Source: a virus
Virus record (IMG/VR): IMGVR_UViG_3300020160_001966
Coordinates: 1 to 64,000 of that record
Direction: 5' to 3' (one strand)
DNA: 64,000 bases
Notes under the pieces: generated by a model
Told to the model about the DNA's origin: nothing
The model's database searches: none
What the model saw: only the letters and a program-made list of their open reading frames with translations
Made by a program: the position numbers and the translations under genes
Shown: piece by piece, positions 39,615 to 49,561 of the stretch
Layout: the number at the start of each line of letters is the position of its first letter
Position numbering within the stretch: position 1 is the stretch's first letter

Positions 39615-40586
39615 TTAAAATAAATCGTCTTCTGAAAATGATTGGGATTTTTTGGAGTACTCAACTGGTCTGGAATGAAAAAAGTCAGTCATATTATTTC
39701 CCAATAATTCCTCTTCGAACCACATTGTAGAAGAAATAAGTTCTTTGTCAATCTCAAAAGCTGGGGGAAATCCAATCATTTTAAGGGATTCGTTGATTCT
39801 GTTTTTTACAAATTCTTTAAGAATAACGGCACTAAGACCTTCCTCTTTAATTCCATTTATCATCCAGTCGATAATTTTTGCTTCTGATTCATATGCTTCC
39901 TTTGCTTCGGAAACAACTCTTTCTACAAATTCATCATCAAAAAGATCTGGATATTCTTCTCTAATTGTATTGATTATTTTAGCACCAACAAGAGCATGGA
40001 TATTTTCTTCATTGCGAGTATATTTTACTTGTTGATCTGTATCTTTAAGAACGTTCTTAAAACGAGCGAACCAATTGATTACATAGAATTGAGAAAACAA
40101 TGATACGTTTTCAACGAACAATGTAAAAAGAGTCAAGGCGTATACATATTGCTTCTTAGAATCCTTGTAATAACGATGCGTGTATTTCTTTAAATATTTT
40201 ACCCTACCTTCAATCCAATCAAGTTTTAGGTTCTTCTCAAATACATCTTCTAGCCCAAGTGTAGAGATTAGACGTTCATATGCATTATTATGAATAACTT
40301 CTGTGTTAGCCATAACATACCCCAAATCTTGTAATGCAGGATGTGGAAGATTTTCACCAAGCTTTGACCAGAAAGTTTTTACTGCTATTTCAATTTGTCC
40401 AATAGCAGACAAAGTGCGTATGACTATTTCTCTTTCTTGATCGGTTAAATTTACTTTAAATTGTTGAACATCAGACTTAAATGAAAATTCTTTATCTGTC
40501 CAGAATCCATTGTGCATAGCTTCTATAAATTTATCAGTCCATGGATATTTGTTCGGTTTGCGTGAAATTTGTTCTTCGAAAATCAT
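39615..40586 (-). CDS. nrdB: Class Ia ribonucleotide reductase beta subunit
   Basis: FWT, EVIH..AY, ENVSLFSQF, EENIH, DFF. Confidence 0.97.
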   Translation of the reverse strand: MIFEEQISRKPNKYPWTDKFIEAMHNGFWTDKEFSFKSDVQQFKVNLTDQEREIVIRTLSAIGQIEIAVKTFWSKLGENLPHPALQDLGYVMANTEVIHNNAYERLISTLGLEDVFEKNLKLDWIEGRVKYLKKYTHRYYKDSKKQYVYALTLFTLFVENVSLFSQFYVINWFARFKNVLKDTDQQVKYTRNEENIHALVGAKIINTIREEYPDLFDDEFVERVVSEAKEAYESEAKIIDWMINGIKEEGLSAVILKEFVKNRINESLKMIGFPPAFEIDKELISSTMWFEEELLGNNMTDFFHSRPVEYSKKSQSFSEDDLF

Positions 40587-40621
40587 AGTATTATATTTTA
40601 TTTAATATGAACGCTTCTCTA

Positions 40622-41080
40622 TCAGTTTGGAAATAGAAACATCATATTAATAGATTTAATTCTTTGATAACTAGGCAAATTACCATCTTCCGCGAAAAAG
40701 TCATTATATGAAAATTTCGGAAAATATTTTAAAATATGTTTAGAATCAATAGGATATAACCCATAATCTAAATATAAAAAATTATCACCACATGTTAAAT
40801 CGAACTCATTCAATGTTTTATTATAAAAAAACAAATCTATAATTTTATATTTTTCAAATATATTCAATAAACTAGAATGTTCATCCTTTAATGGCAATAA
40901 AGGGCCATAAAAATTTCTATCTAAATGATTTATTCTTATTGGATTGAAAGATTCCTTTATATGTATTCGATTTTCGTCATATTTACTCTTAATATCACAA
41001 CCTATAAATACACCTCTTTTTTCCAAAGGTGAATATTCTAAAATTGGATTTTTTTCAAAAGAATAAAAATCGTGTTCCAT
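40622..41080 (-). CDS. Hypothetical protein
   Basis: ORF; ATG at 41080 preferred over TTG at 41107. Confidence 0.6.
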   Translation of the reverse strand: MEHDFYSFEKNPILEYSPLEKRGVFIGCDIKSKYDENRIHIKESFNPIRINHLDRNFYGPLLPLKDEHSSLLNIFEKYKIIDLFFYNKTLNEFDLTCGDNFLYLDYGLYPIDSKHILKYFPKFSYNDFFAEDGNLPSYQRIKSINMMFLFPN

Positions 41081-41113
41081 ATTAGAGTTATAATAACACA
41101 TCAACACATCTTA

Positions 41114-41329
41114 TCAAGCATTAAATGTGGTGGCAACATTGAAATTTGGCAATTTGTATATTACACCTTTAGAATTATTAAAAATTACAGTGCATCTATC
41201 ACCAACAACCATGGGATTCGTTGTGATTTTATCTTGATAATTCACACTTCCCAAAACATTACCATTAGAAGTATCTATACATTTCAACATATTAGCGTCT
41301 AATATCACACCATAAATTAAAGAATTCAT
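41114..41329 (-). CDS. Small hypothetical protein
   Basis: 71 aa; TAAATA 5 nt before the ATG. Confidence 0.65.
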   Translation of the reverse strand: MNSLIYGVILDANMLKCIDTSNGNVLGSVNYQDKITTNPMVVGDRCTVIFNNSKGVIYKLPNFNVATTFNA

Positions 41330-41361
41330 ATAATTATTTAATTGACAACATAAATAACTCT

Positions 41362-42516
41362 ATGGATGATGAGAATAAATTCATAAAATTTATTATAAGA
41401 AAAGGTGCTGAAGTTAACAGGGATGATGTGGTATACGATGAAGCCGAACCCGTTTATGTAACTGATTATAAAAGATTGTTTATAGGAGACGGAATAACAC
41501 CTGGCGGTGTTTTAACATCAAATAAATTTTTAGGTTTTGCCAATTTTAATTTAATAACTAACCAGTCTGGAGTTATATCGGCGTATAAAGGAGATTATGT
41601 TTACGATAATACTACCAACAATTTATACGCATTGAGTGGAACAATTCCTTCGAATATATTGTCTTATGCTAGAATAACTAGAAATTTTGTAGCAGATAAT
41701 ATCACAACCACATTAACAGAAAGTAGTGCTTTTTCTGTTAAAAAGTTAAGTTTAGACGCTCAATATTTACAAGATTCTTCTATAGGTAGAGGTTTAGAGA
41801 AATATTCTAGTACAGAAATAAGATTAGCCAACCCCTCACAAGAATTATATTTCGATCTAGCCAATAAATTAGCCATAAGTCCAAATGGTATTTCTAATGA
41901 TATGTTAGAAATTATCCAAGGTAATCATATTAAAGGTAATCTTGGAGTGACTGGTAATGTTGAAGATATTCCTTTACAAGACTTGGCTAATGTATTGGCA
42001 CCATTATTAGCAAATTCATCTGGTCAAACTTTAGGGGTACCTGTGGGTACGGTCATAGACTATGCTGGACCAACTCCACCCGAAGGTTATCTTTTCTGTA
42101 ATGGTCAAACTTTATCAGCATCAGAGTATCCCGAATTGTACAATTCTATAGAAAATTACTGGGGAGGTACATATCCTTTATTCAATTTACCAGATTTTAG
42201 AAGAAGAGTATCTGTAGGATCTGGTGGTACATCTACGACAAATTTAGAAAATGCTTTAGGTAGTGTTGGTGGATCAGAAACAGTTATTCTGGAAAAAGAT
42301 GATATACCATCACACATTCACACTTATCAAGGATTTTCCGAAGAGAATGGTAATTACTACATACAAAAATTCGAAAATCCTGATGGTAATTTTTCATTTA
42401 AAGATATTCCAAGTGGAGATGGTTCCATTAACGGTTTAAACATTGGACCTTTGGGAAGACCCGCTAATATTATCCAACCTAGTGTTGTTGTAACAAAATG
42501 TATAAAAGCTTTTTAA
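41362..42516 (+). CDS. Tail-collar domain fibre/baseplate protein (gp12-like C-terminus)
   Basis: PVGTVIDYAG..PPEGYLFCNGQ...YPELY...FNLPDFR. Confidence 0.85.
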   Translation: MDDENKFIKFIIRKGAEVNRDDVVYDEAEPVYVTDYKRLFIGDGITPGGVLTSNKFLGFANFNLITNQSGVISAYKGDYVYDNTTNNLYALSGTIPSNILSYARITRNFVADNITTTLTESSAFSVKKLSLDAQYLQDSSIGRGLEKYSSTEIRLANPSQELYFDLANKLAISPNGISNDMLEIIQGNHIKGNLGVTGNVEDIPLQDLANVLAPLLANSSGQTLGVPVGTVIDYAGPTPPEGYLFCNGQTLSASEYPELYNSIENYWGGTYPLFNLPDFRRRVSVGSGGTSTTNLENALGSVGGSETVILEKDDIPSHIHTYQGFSEENGNYYIQKFENPDGNFSFKDIPSGDGSINGLNIGPLGRPANIIQPSVVVTKCIKAF

Positions 42517-42755
42517 TGAAATTTGATGATGAAATATTGAGAATAATAGAAGCCTTCAATATATACCCAAGATCTAAAAACGTTCAAGGATTGCAAGCTC
42601 CTGTACCTTCAACTAATATTAACACTGTAGGTTCATTACCAGTAGGTTTTAAAGGTTCTGGACCAGCTGGTATAGCACCGTCCAGCATGTCAACAATTTT
42701 AATAAAAAAACCAAAGAAGAAAAAAATTAAAAAGAAGAAAGATTCTTCTCTTTAA
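42516..42755 (+). CDS. Small basic hypothetical protein
   Basis: TAATG coupling to the previous gene; leader MKFDDEILRIIE. Confidence 0.6.
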   Translation: MKFDDEILRIIEAFNIYPRSKNVQGLQAPVPSTNINTVGSLPVGFKGSGPAGIAPSSMSTILIKKPKKKKIKKKKDSSL

Positions 42756-43110
42756 TTTCATTAGAAGCTATTTCCAACATGGATTTTAAATCTGGATTAT
42801 CCATCATTTGAATAATATTTTCGTAAGGATTAACGCCTTTATTATCTTTATCCACTTTAGATAGGTTGTATATATCTTCTAAAATTTGATTGATTTGATC
42901 CTTTAATCTGGAAAATGTCGTTATACCCTTATAACTCTGTTTTAATTTATCAAATTCTTCCTCTTCTTCGGATTTAACAGGTAGTGGGAAATTTGAACCT
43001 CCAGCCATAAAATCTCCAGAAAATTTAGAATTGTTATCCACTGCACTATTATTGGCATCGTTTTCTTTTAAAATCCAATTATCTATAGATGGTTGCCAAA
43101 AGTTTCTCAT
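42727..43110 (-). CDS. Hypothetical protein
   Basis: 127 aa; TAAATA upstream. Confidence 0.65.
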   Translation of the reverse strand: MRNFWQPSIDNWILKENDANNSAVDNNSKFSGDFMAGGSNFPLPVKSEEEEEFDKLKQSYKGITTFSRLKDQINQILEDIYNLSKVDKDNKGVNPYENIIQMMDNPDLKSMLEIASNEIKEKNLSSF

Positions 43111-43133
43111 ATATTTATTTAGTTTTTAATGTA

Positions 43134-44849
43134 TCAACGACTAACTTCTTCCCAATCCATAGAAGCGAAAATTTCGGAACCATTCGCAGTACGCGCAGCG
43201 GCAACCAAAGTTAATTCAAAAGGAGTATTTGTTAGTTTATTTCGTTCTAATTGAAATTTAAACAAAGCTTCTTTGAGAATATCCAAATTCGGAGAACCTT
43301 GATTCGAAGCATTTAAAAATCCACTAGCCAATATTCTACCACCAGCGTAACTAGTTCCACTTATATTATATTCCACAGCACTATCAATTCCTGAATTTAT
43401 CCAAGATCCTCCTGATGTAACTCCGCTTGCTCTAACTTGCCAGTTGTAATCAATTCCATTCCCTCCCGCAAGAATTGATAAAGCCGTTAAAATAACAATC
43501 GCATCCAATCTATCTGGAGAATCTTTTAATCGAATTGAAATAATTGGATAAAACGTACCAGCTACTGCGAAAGTTCTTGGTGTAGTTATTGGAATCGAGA
43601 CTGCTTGTTGTAAGCCTCCTAATTCATAACCGCCTTCGGAAATTACGGTAGAACATATTTGTTTTAGTGTTTTAGATCCACCTGTTGTAGCTGCTTTATT
43701 AGTAATCTCATATCTTAAAGGTAAAGAAGCTGTAGTAATATAAGTTGAATCTATAATATTAGCATGATGGAATGAGTGGCAAACAATAAACTGTCCATTA
43801 ACACAAAAACCAACTCTTACTGTTCCTACGCCCAACCATTCGATATCCATCCAAAGAATTTGTGCTTTGGATGGATCTAAAATTATACCAGAAGAACCAG
43901 TTCCATCTAGCTTATCGCCATTCCAATTGGATCGAGAAACTACACTCTCTACAATGGAACCTGTGACGAGTGATCTTTTGACTATACTAATATTATCATC
44001 ATCTAACTGAAAGTATATTCCATTCTGATCTCCAAAATATCCCACCCTCTGTCTTAAATTGGTAGCAGAAGAAGCCATGACAAATGTATTCATGACAAGC
44101 AAGGACTTGCCAGGTTGATAGGAGAATACTTTTGTTGTTTCTCTTATCGCACTTGCTCCTGTTGTATTAGTAACATTCAAGTCCATCAATCCCTGTGATT
44201 GATTGAATGAAACTGAACCTCCATTCGCGGATAGCGTAGACCATAAATTATTATCCCTGTAACGATGTGAAGAATCAAAAAGTGTTAAAGGATTTGAAAC
44301 TCGCATTCTATTGAATGCATCAAAATTAGGGGAATCGGCAAATGTTATTGGAAATCCTTTTGTTGTATCTACTGTAGCTACTATATTTCCAGAAACTGGA
44401 ATAGTTCTTGAAGCATGAATTGTAAAATCTGTCGTAGATAATGTTCTAAAATTTGAATTTAATTTTAATAATTCACGATAAGTATCATCACAAGCAGATG
44501 CTGTATCAAAAGTGTTACTTTCTAAATCATCTGTGTAAGTTTGGATATAAAATATTTGAGATGATATGGCGTTTAGTAGGGTTTCAACTCTTTGATTGCT
44601 AACCGTAATGTTATTTGCGCTTAAAGATATTTTTATATCCTCTGGATTTACTAAATGCGTTAAAACGGCATATTTCGAATATACATCCACTGATGAAAGT
44701 GGTTTTAGTGCTGAGTTTTGTGGAAATGCATTGCTAGTATCTGGATAGGAGAAACGTGTGACAGAAATTGGGGGAAAAGTGGTATTTTCTCCCAGTTCTA
44801 AGAATTTTCCTTGCTCTGCTGTTTGATAAGATGTGATATAATTAGCCAC
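43134..44849 (-). CDS. Conserved beta-rich phage structural protein
   Basis: DAFNRMRVSNPLTLFDS, YQPGKS, WLGVGTVR motifs; TATAAATA at 44856-44863. Confidence 0.65.
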   Translation of the reverse strand: MANYITSYQTAEQGKFLELGENTTFPPISVTRFSYPDTSNAFPQNSALKPLSSVDVYSKYAVLTHLVNPEDIKISLSANNITVSNQRVETLLNAISSQIFYIQTYTDDLESNTFDTASACDDTYRELLKLNSNFRTLSTTDFTIHASRTIPVSGNIVATVDTTKGFPITFADSPNFDAFNRMRVSNPLTLFDSSHRYRDNNLWSTLSANGGSVSFNQSQGLMDLNVTNTTGASAIRETTKVFSYQPGKSLLVMNTFVMASSATNLRQRVGYFGDQNGIYFQLDDDNISIVKRSLVTGSIVESVVSRSNWNGDKLDGTGSSGIILDPSKAQILWMDIEWLGVGTVRVGFCVNGQFIVCHSFHHANIIDSTYITTASLPLRYEITNKAATTGGSKTLKQICSTVISEGGYELGGLQQAVSIPITTPRTFAVAGTFYPIISIRLKDSPDRLDAIVILTALSILAGGNGIDYNWQVRASGVTSGGSWINSGIDSAVEYNISGTSYAGGRILASGFLNASNQGSPNLDILKEALFKFQLERNKLTNTPFELTLVAAARTANGSEIFASMDWEEVSR

Positions 44850-45025
44850 TTATATTATTTATATCTTCTAGGCGAACCAAGTTTCTTTCTTTTCGATAAT
44901 TTCTCTTCTACAATTTCGCTTAATATTTTTTTATCTTTTTTCGATATAAAATTAACTATTTTATTAAAATTTAAATATATGATAAAAATAAACGATATTG
45001 AAATTAAACATATAACAAATTCCAT

Positions 45026-45628
45026 ATGTTAAATAGTTATATGAACTATATTCTAATTTCAATATTATCTCTATTGATGGTTTCTTGCACGACCACAAAA
45101 TATGTTGAAAAGCAATCGGAAGAATTGAGTAGATCGGTTTATGCTGTTAAAGACTCTTTAGGCTCCGCTCGTTTTGATCTTGCGGAGAAATATTCTAATG
45201 AAAGTACTAGACTGGTAGCTCCCCCAAAACACAGAATAAAAATAGAATCAATCGTAAAAACCAATAGTAATAATCAAACTGAAAGAGTTGCTCTTTTACC
45301 ACAATCCAATAAAAAAGATAAAGTAATTCTAGCCGAATCTCCAGAATATCTCGATTTGTTAAAGGATGAAAGAGTTTTAAATCAATTAAAAATAGATAAT
45401 GACAATTTAAATTTATATTCTAAAGAAGTTGACAAACAATTAACAGAACAATATAAAATACAAAATGACATGGTTGTGAAAATACAAGATTTGGAAAAAC
45501 AAATTCTTCAAAAAGATAAAAAACTTTTGCAAAAGGATTTAGCAATTCTTTGGAGAAACATAACAATAATATCTTTAATAGGTGTTATGGGAGTTGGTGT
45601 ATATCTCAGAATAAAAGGAATTTTATGA
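45026..45628 (+). CDS. Lipoprotein with coiled coil and C-terminal TM, candidate unimolecular spanin
   Basis: Lipobox LLMVS-C; C-terminal hydrophobic helix; first gene of the lysis cassette. Confidence 0.55.
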   Translation: MLNSYMNYILISILSLLMVSCTTTKYVEKQSEELSRSVYAVKDSLGSARFDLAEKYSNESTRLVAPPKHRIKIESIVKTNSNNQTERVALLPQSNKKDKVILAESPEYLDLLKDERVLNQLKIDNDNLNLYSKEVDKQLTEQYKIQNDMVVKIQDLEKQILQKDKKLLQKDLAILWRNITIISLIGVMGVGVYLRIKGIL

Positions 45629-45732
45629 ATATAATAATGTCGATAAAAAAATGGTGTGACGATAATCCTATAAAATCAATATTTATATGTGGTTTTCTAG
45701 TTGGTTTTATATTTGGGGGTATTTTATTATAA
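45625..45732 (+). CDS. 35-aa single-TM protein
   Basis: ATGA and TAATG overlaps with both neighbours. Confidence 0.55.
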   Translation: MNIIMSIKKWCDDNPIKSIFICGFLVGFIFGGILL

Positions 45733-46169
45733 TGTGGGATAAGATTGTAAATATAGCAAAAACAGCAAGTTCTATGTTGCATAGCGGAGAAGTTCCACCA
45801 AACACTCCAGCTAGATACAAAGAGGATTTGAGTAAGGTGAATTTTTTAGCATCTAAAAAATTCTATGTTGTTTTTTGTTCTGTTATAATTTTGGCATTTT
45901 TTTATATTGGTAGTATTTTTGTTTTATTTTTAACTGCTGCTAGTCCAGCATTAACTCTACCATTTGTTTCTATTTTTACAGAAACAATTAAAATTTTAGC
46001 GGTTATAATAGCTAGTTATCTAGGTGTTCAAACTGTTTTAGATTATAGAATGCAGTCTAATTCTTTGATTGATTTAAAAGGTGAACAAAAATTTATTAAA
46101 GAAGAAATTCGTGTAGAAGAATATCTATCTGGACATAAAGAAGATGACTATAAATTAGAAATTGATTAA
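45732..46169 (+). CDS. Holin-like two-TM protein
   Basis: Two TM segments with a charged C-terminus; directly upstream of the muramidase. Confidence 0.6.
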   Translation: MWDKIVNIAKTASSMLHSGEVPPNTPARYKEDLSKVNFLASKKFYVVFCSVIILAFFYIGSIFVLFLTAASPALTLPFVSIFTETIKILAVIIASYLGVQTVLDYRMQSNSLIDLKGEQKFIKEEIRVEEYLSGHKEDDYKLEID

Positions 46170-46171
46170 TT

Positions 46172-46786
46172 ATGGGAAAAGAGAAAACATTTTTAGATTA
46201 TGATTGGACTCCTGTTATAGCTTTTGAAAGTGGTGGCGAAAAGTATTACAATAAATTCTTAAAAAAAATGACTTGGCCAAGGGGGGCTTCAGGAATAACT
46301 ATGGGAATAGGTGCAGATCTTGGATATATGAGTGAAAAGGAATTTGATACTTATTTTTCAAAATATTTCACTGATGATGAAAATAAAAAATTAAAATCAA
46401 CAATAGGATTAAAAGGTGAATTAGCTAAAAACGCATTACATAAAGTTCAAAATATAGAGCTTTCTTGGGAAAATGCTTCAGAGGCATTTGTTGATTGGAC
46501 GTTACCCAAATTTTGGAATTTGACCAATGCTCTATGGTCAAAAATGGATGAATTGTGTGAAAATGCTCAAATCGGATTAGTAAGTATTGTGTTTAACAGG
46601 GGAGCATCAACTAAAGGATTTTCTAGAACAGAAATGCTAAACATAAAACCATTGGTATTAAAAAAAGATTACAAAGGAATAGCTAAAGAGATACGTTCCA
46701 TGAAAAGGCTTTGGGAGGGTAAAAATATGGATGGTCTTATAAAAAGAAGAGAAGAGGAAGCGAGAATGGTAGAAAGTTGCATTTAA
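46172..46786 (+). CDS. Pesticin/T4-lysozyme-like muramidase (endolysin)
   Basis: IAFESGG, WP.GASGITMGIGADLG, SIVFNRG, GLIKRREEEA. Confidence 0.8.
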   Translation: MGKEKTFLDYDWTPVIAFESGGEKYYNKFLKKMTWPRGASGITMGIGADLGYMSEKEFDTYFSKYFTDDENKKLKSTIGLKGELAKNALHKVQNIELSWENASEAFVDWTLPKFWNLTNALWSKMDELCENAQIGLVSIVFNRGASTKGFSRTEMLNIKPLVLKKDYKGIAKEIRSMKRLWEGKNMDGLIKRREEEARMVESCI

Positions 46787-47322
46787 TCGACAACTATGCA
46801 ATACGTGGGGCATCCATCCTCTGTTAAAAAATCTATTTTTAAATTTTTATCTCTGCAAAATTCATCGACAGCATTAACTACGCTTTGAAATATATTTTTA
46901 GAATAATCGTGACCACATATATGTTTACCTTTTTTAATTTTTCTATAAGAAACTTCTAAGTCTTTTTTGACACCCTCATAACTATGATCTCCATCAATAT
47001 AAATCAAATCAAAATATCCGTCTGGAAAATTATTTAATACATTAAAACTACATCCCTTATGTAGATGAATAATGCTGTTATTATCGTATTCGTTTTTAAG
47101 TTTTAAATATTCATCGTTCAAATTTGTCCATACGACATTATTTCCATCTTTATCACCAGAACACATTTCACCATCGAAAATATCTATTAAATGTAATTCT
47201 TTGGGTTCCATTTTCTCATATATTATTTTTGAAAAATCTCCTTTAAAAACTCCAATTTCAGCTACAATTATATTTTTAGGCAATATATCTAAAAGATCGT
47301 TTCGCGTTTTTAATATTTTCAT
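46783..47322 (-). CDS. Class I SAM methyltransferase (Methyltransf_24-like)
   Basis: AEIGVFKG, DLIYIDGDHSYE, CGHDY. Confidence 0.85.
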   Translation of the reverse strand: MKILKTRNDLLDILPKNIIVAEIGVFKGDFSKIIYEKMEPKELHLIDIFDGEMCSGDKDGNNVVWTNLNDEYLKLKNEYDNNSIIHLHKGCSFNVLNNFPDGYFDLIYIDGDHSYEGVKKDLEVSYRKIKKGKHICGHDYSKNIFQSVVNAVDEFCRDKNLKIDFLTEDGCPTYCIVVD

Positions 47323-47963
47323 TTTTTTATAATTTTAATTCCAGTATAATCTATCTTTTCAATAGAAATATTAACATTTTCAAAATATTCATCAAATGCT
47401 TTTTTCGAACCTTGCCAATGACCATAATCATCGACAATTAAAACTCCATCATTTTTTAATTTAGGATATAACACATCTAACTCTTTTTTTGTGGATTTAT
47501 ACCAATCAGTATCTAATCGTAATAAACTTATATCTTTTGGAATATTTTTATCACAATTTAATGTTTCAACTATATCACCAACAATATAATGCACATTATC
47601 TACAGGAAATGTTGATTTGGATAAATTGTTTTTCACATCATTCAAATCAGCATATGCTTTCACAAGTGGCAAATTCATGATATCAATCGCTTTTCTACCA
47701 TCACAATCAATATCAGCATCTTCTGGTTCAGTCATTCCTTCAAATGTGTCATACAGCCAAACGTGTCTATTAAACATTTTGTGATGATTCAAATATTCCA
47801 TTATTCCTAAAATATTACCACCTCTCCATACCCCACATTCAACAAAATCGCCATCTATATTTTGCAATCTAACATATTCTAAAGAATCGAATAAAGATCT
47901 TATTCTTTCCAAAGAAGTCATTGTATATGGGTGTACTATTTCTATAAAATCGTTTATATTCAT
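47319..47963 (-). CDS. TylF/MycF-family sugar O-methyltransferase
   Basis: GDFVECGVWRGG, YDTFEG, LRLDTDWY.ST, IVDDYGHW. Confidence 0.92.
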   Translation of the reverse strand: MNINDFIEIVHPYTMTSLERIRSLFDSLEYVRLQNIDGDFVECGVWRGGNILGIMEYLNHHKMFNRHVWLYDTFEGMTEPEDADIDCDGRKAIDIMNLPLVKAYADLNDVKNNLSKSTFPVDNVHYIVGDIVETLNCDKNIPKDISLLRLDTDWYKSTKKELDVLYPKLKNDGVLIVDDYGHWQGSKKAFDEYFENVNISIEKIDYTGIKIIKK

Positions 47964-48691
47964 AAATTATTATCGTTTTTAAAACTTATCATTTTTTCAA
48001 TTTTTTTATGATAATTTCCAGAATCTGTCGTGAAATGTATCGCGGTGCCGTTAAAATTATTCATATGATAACCTTTAGCTGTCACTTCATCGCTAAAAGA
48101 ATCGTTGTATAAATCTTTTCTATATAAAAACACATTCAAATAAGGTTGTTCCAAACAATTATTGCCCTTATCCATATTATTTAACATATATTCTTCAATA
48201 TCTCTAAACACATCCACCATATTGTTATTGAAACCAAAAATACCAGCATTCATGCCATATATATTTTTTTTAAAAATATCATCCCTTTCATAATCATTTA
48301 TAAGATTACCGCCCCACAATTCATGTGACATCAAATCCGTTTCTTTACACAAATATATTTTATTTTCTCTTATTTTATCAAATAAAATGTCAGGATTTTT
48401 CAAAAAAAGAATATCCGAATCACAAAATAATATTTTGTTGAAATCTTTTATTTTTTCAAACTGATATATTTTGAATTTATTAGCACTAGATTGAAATAGA
48501 TTTTCATTTTTTGAAAAAATAAAATAAGGTTTTTTTTGAAATTCAATCTTTTCCAATATTTCATTTTCAAATTCACTTATAAACAAAAAATCACCATCAT
48601 AACCATTCTTATACAAACTTTCTATGCATAATTTCGTTAAATTTAAATACTCTATATTGTATCCTAAAGTAAAATATATTAATCTAGACAT
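47960..48691 (-). CDS. GT8-like glycosyltransferase
   Basis: KILFCDSDILF, NAGIF, EQPYLN, IHF. Confidence 0.7.
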   Translation of the reverse strand: MSRLIYFTLGYNIEYLNLTKLCIESLYKNGYDGDFLFISEFENEILEKIEFQKKPYFIFSKNENLFQSSANKFKIYQFEKIKDFNKILFCDSDILFLKNPDILFDKIRENKIYLCKETDLMSHELWGGNLINDYERDDIFKKNIYGMNAGIFGFNNNMVDVFRDIEEYMLNNMDKGNNCLEQPYLNVFLYRKDLYNDSFSDEVTAKGYHMNNFNGTAIHFTTDSGNYHKKIEKMISFKNDNNL

Positions 48692-48700
48692 CGACCTAAA

Positions 48701-48757
48701 AATTTAATAAGATAATAACAATAATCAAGTTGATATTTGATCGAAAAAAGATAAAAT
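48701..48757. promoter_or_regulatory. Divergent pair of sigma70-like promoters
   Basis: Plus TTGATA-N16-TAAAAT (48730-48757); minus TTGATT-N16-TAAATT (48728-48701). Confidence 0.55.
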
Positions 48758-48763
48758 ATTATT

Positions 48764-49561
48764 GTGAAAATATGCATAGGTTTTAATCTGCACCATCCTT
48801 TAAATGAAAGAGTTTTAATTTCACAAAAAAGTCTATTGAGACTTAAAGAAAAATTTAATATAGAGTTGGTAAATTTAGATTTTAAGAATAGCGATAAAGT
48901 CAATGATAGTGATGATTTTAAAAATTTATATGTCTTGAAAGAGCATAGTAGTTTTTATACAAATGGTAGCAGTAGAGATTTACCAATGATCCATGATATG
49001 TTTAATTGTTTAAGTGATTACTCAGATGAAAATGGTATAGACATGTTTATATTTGTAAATTCGGACATAATAATATCCGATAGATTCATAAAACATATAT
49101 TAAGCACGAATTTCGACACTTATTGTGCTGCCAGATTAGCTATAGGAAATATTGACTCTTTAGACGAGCAGCCTAAAGAAATTTCACATTATCAAGTTGC
49201 TGGATTTGATGCATATGCTGTAAAAACAAAGTGGTGGAAAGAAAATGGACATAAATTTCCAAAATACATTTATGCTATCAGTGGTTGGGATGTTGATTAT
49301 GCCACTAAGATGAAACGATACGGTAATTGCGATTTTTGTAACAAATGGCCAGCGATGACTTTTCATATAATGCATGAAGAAATATCATCGAAAGATTCTC
49401 CAGAATTAATTTATAATAAAAATCTTTTATGGAATATAAACAAAGAAGATTGTGATATTTGGCATAATTATCTTTACAACGTTTTATTAAAAAGAAAAGG
49501 TGGTAATTATTGGCATCCTTTCGACAATGAAGTTGAATTAGAAAGAATTTATTTTAAATGA
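48764..49561 (+). CDS. Putative GT-A glycosyltransferase-like protein
   Basis: FIFVNSDII, GFDAY, WD motifs; cluster context. Confidence 0.55.
   Translation: MKICIGFNLHHPLNERVLISQKSLLRLKEKFNIELVNLDFKNSDKVNDSDDFKNLYVLKEHSSFYTNGSSRDLPMIHDMFNCLSDYSDENGIDMFIFVNSDIIISDRFIKHILSTNFDTYCAARLAIGNIDSLDEQPKEISHYQVAGFDAYAVKTKWWKENGHKFPKYIYAISGWDVDYATKMKRYGNCDFCNKWPAMTFHIMHEEISSKDSPELIYNKNLLWNINKEDCDIWHNYLYNVLLKRKGGNYWHPFDNEVELERIYFK

Noticed and set aside
11796-40586. Inteins or introns in terminase, gp23, nrdA or nrdB
   Set aside because: Lengths are normal or short and the motifs are continuous
25542-40586. hsp20 and nrdAB as novel findings
   Set aside because: Both are well known in T4-like phages
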